Positions 1-10,276 of a stretch of 64,000 nucleotides of DNA are shown piece after piece. The stretch is from Eledone cirrhosa. Its lineage: Eukaryota. Within the stretch, counting starts at the first letter, position 1; each line of letters begins with the position of its first letter. A program made the position numbers and the translations under genes. Where the stretch lies: positions 60,450,001-60,514,000 of the forward strand of contig OZ024744.1 of the NCBI GenBank assembly GCA_964016885.1, in the 5' to 3' direction. The notes below the pieces were generated by a model, which saw nothing but the letters and a program-made list of their open reading frames with translations, searched no databases and was not told where the DNA came from.

Positions 1-219
1 TGGTGTTAGGAAGGACTTCTACTTGGAGAAAGATAGCAAACAAGGGGTTAGGAGGACCCTTTAGTTTGTGACAAAAGACACAACATATCTGCATACGTAA
101 GCAGGATACAGACCCCCTACGGCCTATTGGGAGATTGTAGCTCCGCTTCAGTACTGACTTCATAGGTACACACGTCCAACCTTTTACTGCCAGGAAGTGC
201 GGACGTTAAATGATGATGA
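1..219 (+). mobile_element. 3' end of RTE-type LINE/SINE tail
   Basis: TGGTGTTAGGAAGG motif and GGACGTTAAATGATGATG terminus, shared with RTE 3' ends elsewhere in the window. Confidence 0.65.
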
Positions 220-761
220 AAAAAGTAAGCCAACACATAGATCGACGCTGTTATTTCAATATCCATGCTGATCTCTAAAACAGAGGTGACAATTTAACAA
301 CATATATACTAAATTTAGACAATTCTATTCACTTAGACTGGTGCTTTCTGCTCACCTCTAATTCTTCATCAAATGTATTTCTATCTATTCATTCGTATTA
401 TGTAATATTTTTTCAATCACTTACAGTTGAGTTATCTATTTACTATATGGTCCGGCAAACTGTCCTATTCACTAATGGCTCTTTGGGGAAATATAATTTT
501 TTTGTGATGTCTTCTAACACCTCAACAAATTATATTTAAATCTATTCATTCATATTATACCCGTCATCATGGCCGGGTTAAATCAACTAGTCGGTCCGGA
601 CTAGAGAACAATTGAGACAGTCAGCCTCTGCTCGCAAGAAACATTTTAAAAAAATTAAGAGCAAATGAATGTTAGCCTACAAATAGATCGATGTTGAGAT
701 TTCAATATCCATCCATGCTGATCTCTAAAACAGACCTGACATTTTAATAACAAATATAATT

Positions 762-881
762 GTTTCTACTTTAGGCACAAGGCCAGCAATTACCCAGTGC
801 ATTACTGGTACTTTATTTTATCGACCCCGTAAGGATGAAAGGCAAAGTCAACCTCGGCGGGTTGACTTTGCCTTTCATCAT
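762..881 (-). mobile_element. 5'-truncated tRNA-derived SINE with fold-back 5' junction
   Basis: Matches SINE at 40529-40717; 21-bp TSD ATTTTAATAACAAATATAATT at 741-761 and 882-902. Confidence 0.9.
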
Positions 882-959
882 ATTTTAATAACAAATATAA
901 TTAACTAAATTTTGACAAAAATCTCGTATTTCATGGATATATTTAAATATATATTTAAA

Positions 960-1330
960 ACGGGACGAGGGCCACTGGACTATCAGGCCATTGATTGCAA
1001 CCCACTTAGATCTTATGTAAATCCAGAAATAACTATCATATCTATTTTTGAAATTATTTACTGTTGTGGTGTTTACTACATGAGCTAACAAACTATCCCA
1101 GTCATTAATATAACTCTTTGACAAAAGACAAAGAAATATATTTTCTAGTATCTTTATATCATTGGTTCTTATAAGGCGTGAAATAAAATCATGTTAGTGT
1201 TTTACCTTATAAAGTTTTGAAGCACTTCTCTCAATGAACTGTTGAGAAATTGTATTGGAATATCACAGATGATATACCATCACTACAGAAAAAATATATT
1301 TTATCAAATTTCTTGTATCTTTAAATCTTT
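960..1330 (-). pseudogene. Old CR1/L2-group LINE ORF2 C-terminal relic
   Basis: INDWDSLLAHVVNTTTVNNFKNRYD resembles the WNxLPxxVVxAxSVNxFKxRLD end of CR1/L2-like ORF2. Confidence 0.5.
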
Positions 1331-1429
1331 CGCCTTTTCTCGGGCGTTTCAAAAACTCTAGAAGCGTTTCATCAATATTACCCCCGCCCAACACACACTT
1401 GTTTTTTCTGATCTCATGAATTGGCGAGG

Positions 1430-1895
1430 CAACGTATACGTTGTAATCTCTTGACTTGCAACAAATAACAGTTAAATACCCTTGAATTACACACCATCGA
1501 AGCAGCGTCTATGTGGTGATCCATTGACCCGCTAGAAATAACAGTCACATTCCCTTGAATTTTCCACCAACGCGGCAACGTTTGCATGGTGGTGGCTTAA
1601 TCTGCTAGAAACAGTAGTCAAACTCTCTTGAATTACACACCAACCAATCAGCGTCTTTGTGGTGAACATTTGACCTGCTAGAAATAACAGTCACATTCAT
1701 TTGCAGCTTCTTCGTGGTGATCCCTTGACCTGCTAGAAATAGCTGTTACATCCCCTTGAATTACACACCAACAAGGCAGCATTTGCATTGCGGTCACTTG
1801 ACCTGCTAGAAGCAGTAGTAAAATTGCCTTGAATTACACACCAACGAGGCAGCGGGGTGATCCATAGAAATAGCCGTTGAATTCCACACCAACGA
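1430..1895 (+). repeat. ~73-bp minisatellite, about 6.5 diverged copies
   Basis: GAATT(A/T/C)(C/T)(A/C)CACCA recurs at 1484, 1557, 1630, 1758, 1831, 1879; unit contains GACCTGCTAGAAATA. Confidence 0.85.
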
Positions 1896-2035
1896 GGTAG
1901 ACAGCCTACGAACCCCCAGATGATGCCGGGCACCACATTGGTTCCACAGTAACTATATTGCAGACTAATTTTCAGTGGCTTCAAAGACAATGACGAGATG
2001 CAGCTTTGTTACTCCAGATAATGCTGTTGACCATA

Positions 2036-4951
2036 TGGATGGGTGGTGTAGGTATATTATTAGCTGACAAATGGGTAGATAAGGTAATCTCAGTGAACAG
2101 GGTGAATGCAAGAATCATTAAACTCAGACTAATCCTGAATAAAACAATTGCCACAATCATATCAGCTTACGCACCCCAATCGGGGTTGCCAGACGAACTT
2201 AAGGGTAGGTTTTACGAGTCCCTAATGCACACTACTGCCCTAACAAATGAAAATGACTTCTTAATCATTGCAGGAGACGTTGGGAAACACTGTGATGGCT
2301 TCTATAGAGACCATGGAGGCTATGGGTTTGGCACAAGAAATGAAGAAGGCTTCCGGCTTCTAGAATTCTGCAACGCCAATGACATGTCGATATGTAACAC
2401 AAACTTCAAAAAACCCGACAACCATCTGATCACCTATAGATGCGGGGAGCATTCTAGTCAGATAGATTTTATCCTCATCAGAGGACGAGATAGATGGACA
2501 GTTGTAAACACAAAAGCCTTCCCAGGTGAGGAATGTACCTCCCAACATAACTTAATTGTCAGCAACCTCATTGTCAGAACTAGACAAACTTGGAAACAGA
2601 AGGCAACCTGGAGAAGAAAGATCTGGAAGCTGAAAGACCCCTTAACTAGTAACGGATTTAAAGGTATCTTACTTGACGCTTATGACAGTAAAGAAGAACA
2701 GATAGAGACATTCAAAGTAGAAGAGCACTGGGAGTTCCTAAATAATAACTTACTAAAGGCGACAGACGAGATCTGTGGTTGGAGCAAGACCACAGGGAGG
2801 AGGAGAGTGACTTGGTGGTGGAACAATAAGGTAGATGAGGCAATTAAGACTAAGATATAGGCATGGAAAGAATTGAAGAAGAGAAGAAGGATACATTACA
2901 TAGAGACCAGGAGGGAAGCTAGGTGACAAGTATACTTAGCTAGGGAAGCGGAAGATAGAAAATTCAAGCATGTTTTGCAGGGTGAGGACCAGAAACAGGA
3001 GGTGTTCAGGATTGTGGGGCAATATGTTAGAGAGAATTGTGATGTCATTGGAGAGAAGTGTGTCCGGAATGATAAAGGTGAGCTTGCCCTCACAAGTGCT
3101 GAGAAGAAAGATGCATGGAAGAGATATTATGAAATATTACTAAATAAGGAGAATGCATGGGAGAAAGGGACCCAACCCCAAGTGGACCCTACAGAGGGGC
3201 CAGCAACTGCATAGTAAGTAAGGCAATTAAAGATATGAAGACTGGGGAAGCAACTGGTCCATCAGGTATAGCTGCCTAGATTCTGAAAGCATCTGGGTCG
3301 GTAGGTCACACCATAACCATATATATTGTTAACCAGGTAATACTAGAGGGTGTTATACCAAAGGACTGGTGCAGTAGCATCATTGTAAACTGCTACAAAG
3401 GTAAAGGTGATGCACTAGATAGAGGAAACTACAGAGGTATAAAGCTGATGGACCAGGTCGTGAAAGTAACGGAAAGAGTTATAGCACAGTTTATTAGGGA
3501 CCAAGTAAAACTAGATGAGATGCAATTTGGGGTGGTGCCAGGAAAAGGCACTACTGATGCCCTCTTCCTTGTGAAGCAGTTACAGGAAAAGTACCTAGCT
3601 AAAAGTAAGCTGCTCTACCTAGCATTTGTCGATCTGGAAAAAGCCTTCGACAGAGTGTCCCGTGTTATAATCTGGTGGGCTCTTAGAAAACTAGGAGTAG
3701 ATGAATGGCTTGTGAAAGCTGTACAAGCCATGTATAGGGGAGCAGTCAGCAAAGTTAGGGTTAGCAATGGCTATAGTGAGGAATTTAGCATTGAGGTCGG
3801 TCTCCACCAGGGCTCTGTTCTTAGCCCACTCCTGTTCATCATAGTATTGCAGGCAATAACAGAGATGCCCATGGGATCTCCTATATGGGGATGATCTCAC
3901 ACATAGCTGCATCTATAATGGAACTAGAGCAGAAATTCGAAACATGGAAGCAGGGACTAGAAAGAAAGGGTCTCAAAGTCAACCTGACAAAGTCTAAGGT
4001 CCTCATAAGTAGACGAGAAAACAGAACCCAGATCCCCTCAAGGAAATGGCCTTGCTCACCATGTAGGAAAGGTGTAGGTAGGAACTCCATCCTCTGCCCC
4101 AAATGCAAACAATGGCTACACAAGAGATGTAGTGGGATGTGAGGAAGCTTAGCTAAGAATGTAGGCTTTACATGTAACAGCTACGCCGGGACAGCAAGCA
4201 ACAAATGGCCACAGGACACAAGCGCCACCAAACTCTGGGATGGCTCTGTAGAAACAGTAGACAGCTTTTGCTACCTAGGTGACCAAATTAACAGTGGAGG
4301 TGGGTGTTCAGAAAGTACAGTAGTCAGGGTAAGAACGGGATGGAAGAAGTTCAGGGAGCTACTACATGTGATGCATATGAAGGATGGCAGCTGCATAAAA
4401 AGGTGCAGAGCACTAGAAGTCGAAGGAAGCCATGGAGTGGGGAGACCCAAGAAGACCTGGGATGAGGTGATAAAAGCCGACCTTACCCAATTACATCTCT
4501 CAAAGGCGATGACACAGGACCGTGACCTCTGGCGTCACGCAGTAGTACAGAGTACCCAACTTCCCACGGGTACAAACCGAAGCTGTAGCATTTAGACAAT
4601 AGCCCCCACACCCTCCCACTGCAAAGTAGTCGTAGAGGTGCCACGGCAATAAAGCATCCAGCCCACATTGTAAAGTGGACGGGGAGGTGTCATGACAAAA
4701 AAGTACCCAGCCCACACTGTAAAGTGGTCGTGTAGGCACCATGGAAAAGAAACACCCAGCACTCACTGTAAATGAGGTTGGTGTTAGGAAGGGCATCCAG
4801 CTGTAGAAGTCAAGCCAGAATCAGTTCCTGTATGAGCAAGACAAGGTCAGCCGACCGGGCACTGCCCACAACAGGACAACTCGTCTAACCCATGCTAGCG
4901 AGGAAGAATGGACGTAAAACGGTGATGATGATGATGATGATGATGATGATG
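2036..4951 (+). mobile_element. RTE LINE, 5'-truncated and decayed (APE, RT, PHD-like finger, 3' UTR, (GAT)n tail)
   Basis: ORF pieces 2006-2860 (SAYAPQ, IDFIL), 3448-3894 (FVDLEKAFDRV, QGSVLSPLLF), 3885-4142; stops and deletions; (GAT)n at 4923-4950. Confidence 0.95.
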
Positions 4952-5457
4952 AGACATGTATATAATGTGAAATGAAATTGCAAGGCCCATATATATATGT
5001 GTGTATATGGGGGTTCTCTGGCCTATATACACTGATCACAGACACACACATATATACACACACACATACATATATATACACACACACATATTTATATATA
5101 CATGCACACACACACATGATGATGATATGTATGAAGATATATTTATATATATATATATATATACAGCACGGACACTCTATCTCAAAATTATTTTTGAAAA
5201 GCATTTAGAAATGCGCAACCGGTAAAAACTTAAAAACTTAAAACCACAACTGAATACTAACCCATACAATCACTAATACTATTTTATTCCTAATTAAACC
5301 ATTTTTCAACTGTGAACAATTTGTCAGCATTTTCTATTCCGTTTACCAATATATATATATATATATATATAGTAATAATAATAAAATTGAAGACTAAAAT
5401 CCAAAGAGGGCTCGATAAGGATAAATATATATCAAATTTATAAGAACCGTAGAGCAA

Positions 5458-5637
5458 ATATTTATTAAAATAACAGATTAAAGTTTAAGCAAAGAATTCT
5501 GTCTTCCTCCGGTTGCAACGTTTTTGAAATATCCAGTTCTGCGTTTACAGATTGACTTTGTTAGTTTCAGAAGATCCCGTTAAGGGTGAAAGCAGCGATT
5601 CTTTGCTTAAACTTTAATCTGTTATTTTAATAAATAT
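5458..5637. repeat. Fold-back element with 40-bp inverted repeats (Penelope pLTR-like); second copy at 31545-31662
   Basis: ATATTTATTAAAATAACAGATTAAAGTTTAAGCAAAGAAT at 5458-5497 is the reverse complement of 5598-5637; (TA)n nearby. Confidence 0.75.
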
Positions 5638-5704
5638 ATATATATATATATATATGAGAGTATTGAAGTTTGCTTGAAGCATTGTGGAACAATAAGTAAA
5701 TATC

Positions 5705-6134
5705 TTTAAGTCGTTTGGAAGCCTCGACAATGCAAATGGGTAAATCTCCGGGTAACAAGGTCCGGTGGTGGAGAGAGAGATGTAAGTGGGTGTACGTTGA
5801 GATGCGTGGTGTGTATAAGATGTGTGAGATGTGTAGAATGAAGGGAAGAGTATAAAGGATAGAATAAAAATAACAACACAAGAGAGAGTTACCTTGGGAG
5901 AGATTTAATAGTCCCTATATATTTCGGATTCACATCCATCAACTGGGGGGTTTTCCGGGGTGGGGGAAAAGGTTGTCTGTCGGACAGGTCCGGAATGCGT
6001 CCTTCGCTGTTTGTCTCACACATCTTATACACACCACGCATCTCAACGTACACCCACTTACATCTCTCTCTCCACCACCGGACCTTGTTACCCGGAGATT
6101 TACCCATTTGCATTGTCGAGGCTTCCAAACGACT

Positions 6135-6138
<4 letters not shown>
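5705..6138. repeat. 125-bp perfect inverted repeat with 184-bp spacer
   Basis: 5705-5829 is the reverse complement of 6014-6138; directly followed by long (TA)n. Confidence 0.9.
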
Positions 6139-6206
<68 letters not shown>

Positions 6207-6385
6207 GTCATTTTCTTTGGTAAGATGAGATAAACTCGATGCAGTTTCTTTTCACTCCTGAAGAACAGAGGATGCTCTGTTCTTCGGGAGTGAAAAGAAA
6301 CTGGATGAATTAAGGGTAGTTCAGGTAGCAGAGTATTTAAAATTCAAACTCAAGAAAGCCAAGGATAGGATATTATTTTTTTATT

Positions 6386-6642
6386 TATACATCTCTACGG
6401 CCGTTTCAACGCAGCTAGAATATCACATTCACTTGTGGTGAAATTGGAGATTACCAGTTAACAATTAACTCCATTATGTGTGCTTTGAGTTCAAATCCCG
6501 CCAAGGTTAACTTTGCCTTTCATCCTTACGGGGTCGATAAAATAAAGTACCAGTAATACACTGGTAATTTGCTGGCCTTGTGCCAAAAGTAGAAACAATT
6601 ATGTGTGCTTTATCCCAACTGTATCTCTTCAGGAAATATATA
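6386..6642 (-). ncRNA. Type I hammerhead ribozyme motif interrupted by a SINE in stem II
   Basis: Minus strand: UAUAUAUUUC-CUGAAGA-stem II-GAAA-CGGCCG-UA-GAGAUGUAUA; 10-bp stem I, palindromic stem III, GUA triplet. Confidence 0.8.
6487..6597 (+). mobile_element. tRNA-derived SINE (B box to 3' end)
   Basis: GAGTTCAAATCCC B box; TSD ATTATGTGTGCTTT at 6473-6486 and 6598-6611. Confidence 0.92.
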
Positions 6643-6704
6643 GAATAAAATAACAATAAATTAATATCATAAGACAAATATCAGGAAAAAGGCAAGACTC
6701 AAAG

Positions 6705-7115
6705 TATTTACGCAGGCAGTTAAGATTTGAAGTCTAAATTTAGCATAAGCTTGTACAAGGTTGTCAAACATGCAAGTTTATAAATTTATGAGTGTATTTT
6801 TTTTTTTTTTTTCAGAAAAATATGTTGAATCTAGGAATTGGTTACTGCAGGGGTTGTTAAAAACTTTTCCTACAAATTTAGGGCAGTATGTTCAGTTATT
6901 TATGAGAGAAAGATTTGAAATATTTAGTAGATTTTTTTCATTCATCAATGTCTCATGCATATATTTTTCTTCTATGCCTGCTGTAACTAATTCCTAGTTT
7001 TAACATATTTTACTGAAAAAAAACACTGATAAATTTATACACTTGCATGTTTGAAAACCTTGTACAAGCTTATGCTAAATTTGCACTTTAAATTTTAACT
7101 GCCTGCCTAAATGCT
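6705..7115. mobile_element. MITE-like fold-back element with ~145-bp imperfect TIRs
   Basis: AGGCAGTTAAGATTT...AAATTTAGCATAAGCTTGTACAAGG...CTAGGAATTGGTTAC is mirrored in 6975-7110. Confidence 0.8.
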
Positions 7116-7159
7116 CCATATTTTGAATCTTCCCATTTTTTTAAACATTCAGAGAGATG

Positions 7160-9560
7160 TCATCATCATCATCATCATCGTTTAATGTTCATCTTCCACG
7201 CTAGCATGATTTGGACGGTTTTGTCCCACTTGAGGCGAGATTAGTCGAGAGACTGTATCTCACTCGTACAAAACTGTTTCTGGCAGGTTTTCTATGGCTG
7301 GATGCCCTTCTTAACACCAACCACATTTACAGTGTGGACTGGGTGCTTTTTGTCATGTCACCTACATGACCAGTTTACAGTGGACGGAAATAGAATTGAA
7401 TAGGGTATGTGGAGTGGGAGGTATATTGGGTTAAGAGGTGTCTACTGACTGTAGGTTTAAGTTCGTATGCAAGGGAAGGTGGTTCTTCTGTATAACTGCA
7501 TGGCGCCAAAGATCTCGATCCAGTGACATTGTCTTGGAGAGGTGTAAGTGAGCAAGGTCAGTTTTTATCACCTTGTCCCAGGTTTTTCTTGGTCTACCCA
7601 CTCCGTAGTTTCCATCAATTTTGATCGCTCTGCACTTTTTTATACAACTGTCATCCTTCATATACATCACATGGCCATACCAACATAATCCCCTCTCCTG
7701 CACACAACATTAGTTTCTATCTCAATTCGTTTATGCTTTGCCATTCTCGCACATTACTATTACACATCCATCAGAGCATGCAAGCTTCATTTCTTTCTAA
7801 TCTACGCAGGTCTTCAGCACTCAACACCCAGGTCTCACTACCATGTAATATTGCCATTCGTATACATGCATCATACAATCTGCCTTTCGTTTTTAGAGAA
7901 AAGCCCCTTGTGGCCAACAGCGGTATTAGCTCTCTGAACTTTTTCCATCCTGTTTCCTCCTCCACTGCTGATTTTATTACCCAGGTAACAGAAAGTGTCT
8001 ACTATTTCTATAGAACCATCTGGGCAGTTGAAGGACATAGCATCCACTGGGCCCTTGCTACTTACTGCACCTGAGTATCGGCCACAAAAAAATCTACATT
8101 CTTAGATAGCTTACCTGTGATCCTACCACATATTTTATATACCCATAGTTTGCATTTGGGGCATAGAATGGAATTTTTACCGATTCCCTTCTTACACACT
8201 GAGCATTTCCCAGAGTGCACCTGTGCCCTATTCTCCTTTCTACATACTAGAACCTTAGTCTTAGACAAGTTAACTATAAGGTCTTTTGATTCAAGGCCAT
8301 ACTTCCATGTTTGAAACTTCCTCTCTAGTTCAGCCATGGAATCAGCTATGAGAGTTAGATCATCTGCATATAGAAGTTCCCATGGGCAGCCAGTCTTAAA
8401 CCCCTCTGTTATAGCCTGTAGAACAATAATAAACAGGAGAAGGCTGAAGGCGGAGCCCTGGTGAACCCCTACCATTACGCTAAATTCATCACTATATTCA
8501 TCGTTAATTCTAACCTTGCCAACTGTTGCTCTATACATGGCTTGTACAGCTCTCACAAGCCATTCTTCCACTCCTAGTTTTCTAAGAACCCACCAGATTA
8601 AGGTGCATGGGACTCTGTCAAAGGCCTTCTCCAGGTCAACAAAAGCTAAGTAGAGGGGTTTACTGTTAGCTAGGTACATCTCCTGTAATTGCCATACAAG
8701 GAAAACAGCATCCATGGTACTTTTACCTGGCACAAACCCAAACTGCATTTCATCTAGATCAATTTAGTCTCTAATCAGTTGAGTAATAACTCTTTCTGTG
8801 ACTTTCATGACTTGGTCAACTAATTTAATGCCCCTATAGTTTCCTCTATCTAGGGCGTCTCCTTTTCCCTTGTAACAGTTAATGATGCTGCTGCTACACC
8901 AGTCATTTGGTATGACCCCATTCTGTATTACTTGGTTTACTATCCGGGAGACCATAGTATGTCCCACCATTCCAGATACCTTCAACATTTCAGCAACTAC
9001 CTCCCCGAAGGCCCAGTTGCCTTGCCTGTCTTCATATTTTTGATTACCTTACTTACTACATTACCATTAACTTGCACAGCTGGTCCTTCTATTGTATTGA
9101 TGTGGGGTAGACTATCTTTATTACATTCATTCTCCACATTCAGTACTCTCTCATAGTGACACTTCCAAGCTACCTTTTTATCACTATCAGTGAGGGCAAG
9201 TATACCATTGTCATTACAGACACACGTCTCCCCGACAATATCACAATCCTCCTTGAGACATTGCCTCACAATCCTGAACACCTCACGTCTTTGGACCTCG
9301 CGTTGTAGAATATGCTTCAACTTACTATCCTCTGCTTCCCTCTTTGCAAGGTATACTTGTTGTCTAGCTTCTCTCCTAGCTACCTGATTGTGTTCTTTAC
9401 TACCCCCATCCTGCCATTCTTTCCATGCCTGCCTTTTGGACTCCTCCACCTTACTGTTCCACCACCATGTCACTCTCCTCCTGCCTTACGGTCTGCTCCA
9501 GCCACAGATTTCATTAGTCGCCTTCAACAGATTAACTTTCAGGAATTCCTACTGTTCCTC
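7160..9560 (-). mobile_element. RTE LINE, 5'-truncated and decayed
   Basis: ORFs 8062-8748 (LLYADDL), 8764-8988, 8997-9473; (CAT)n tail at 7160-7179. Confidence 0.95.
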
Positions 9561-9851
9561 TATATTGTATATATATTATTCCAAGTAATCAGTGTTGGTT
9601 GATCAAGCAATCGACTGACTATGGTGTAATTATACATAAGCACTCTACAATATGGGTACCATAAGGTATCAGCATACAGTATTACCTATATGGTATAATG
9701 AAAAAGAAGAGAGTTGTATTACATATACATCTTTAGTTTATGACGTCATCTTGTTATGCACATTTCAAAGATATCAAAGTAATTGTGTAACAATTATTTG
9801 ATGTATTGTCATCAGGCAGGTATTTAAATGTAATAGTATTTTGTTTTGGTA

Positions 9852-10062
9852 GAAGTGAGAGAGGAGTCATCTCTTGACAAGGTCTGAAGTGTTCTTGTTG
9901 TGGCGAAGGAGGTGAGAGTGATGCCTTGATTGTCCTCAAATATATAGTCCCCAGGGGGACACAACTCCATTTAGTACATGGATCTGCCACTGGGAGTTGT
10001 GACCGTCGCAAAGGGACGCAACTCCTATAGGTGCTGAGTTACAGCTGTAAGGGGCCGCTACA
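9852..10062 (-). repeat. 3' LTR, truncated to ~210 bp
   Basis: Starts TGTAGCGGCCCC right after purine tract GGAGGAGGGTAC (10063-10074); matches ~14380-14643. Confidence 0.9.
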
Positions 10063-10276
10063 GTACCCTCCTCCAGACGCTAGGCGAAAAGCCCGAAGGT
10101 AACTGTAGAGAACCCACAAACATGGGCTCCCAGCACAGACATGAAATATTAACGCAAAGGTACAGGCATGAAATAGTAACGAAAAGGTACATGTATAAAT
10201 CAGGCATGAAATGGTAACGAAAAAGTACATGGTAATACAATAAAGAGAAAAACAAAATAAGGCTCCAGTGGCCAGT

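Noticed and set aside
1430-1895. CRISPR-like periodicity (also 47720-47974, 49490-49985)
   Set aside because: Whole units are homologous, with no unique spacers and no cas genes; eukaryotic context
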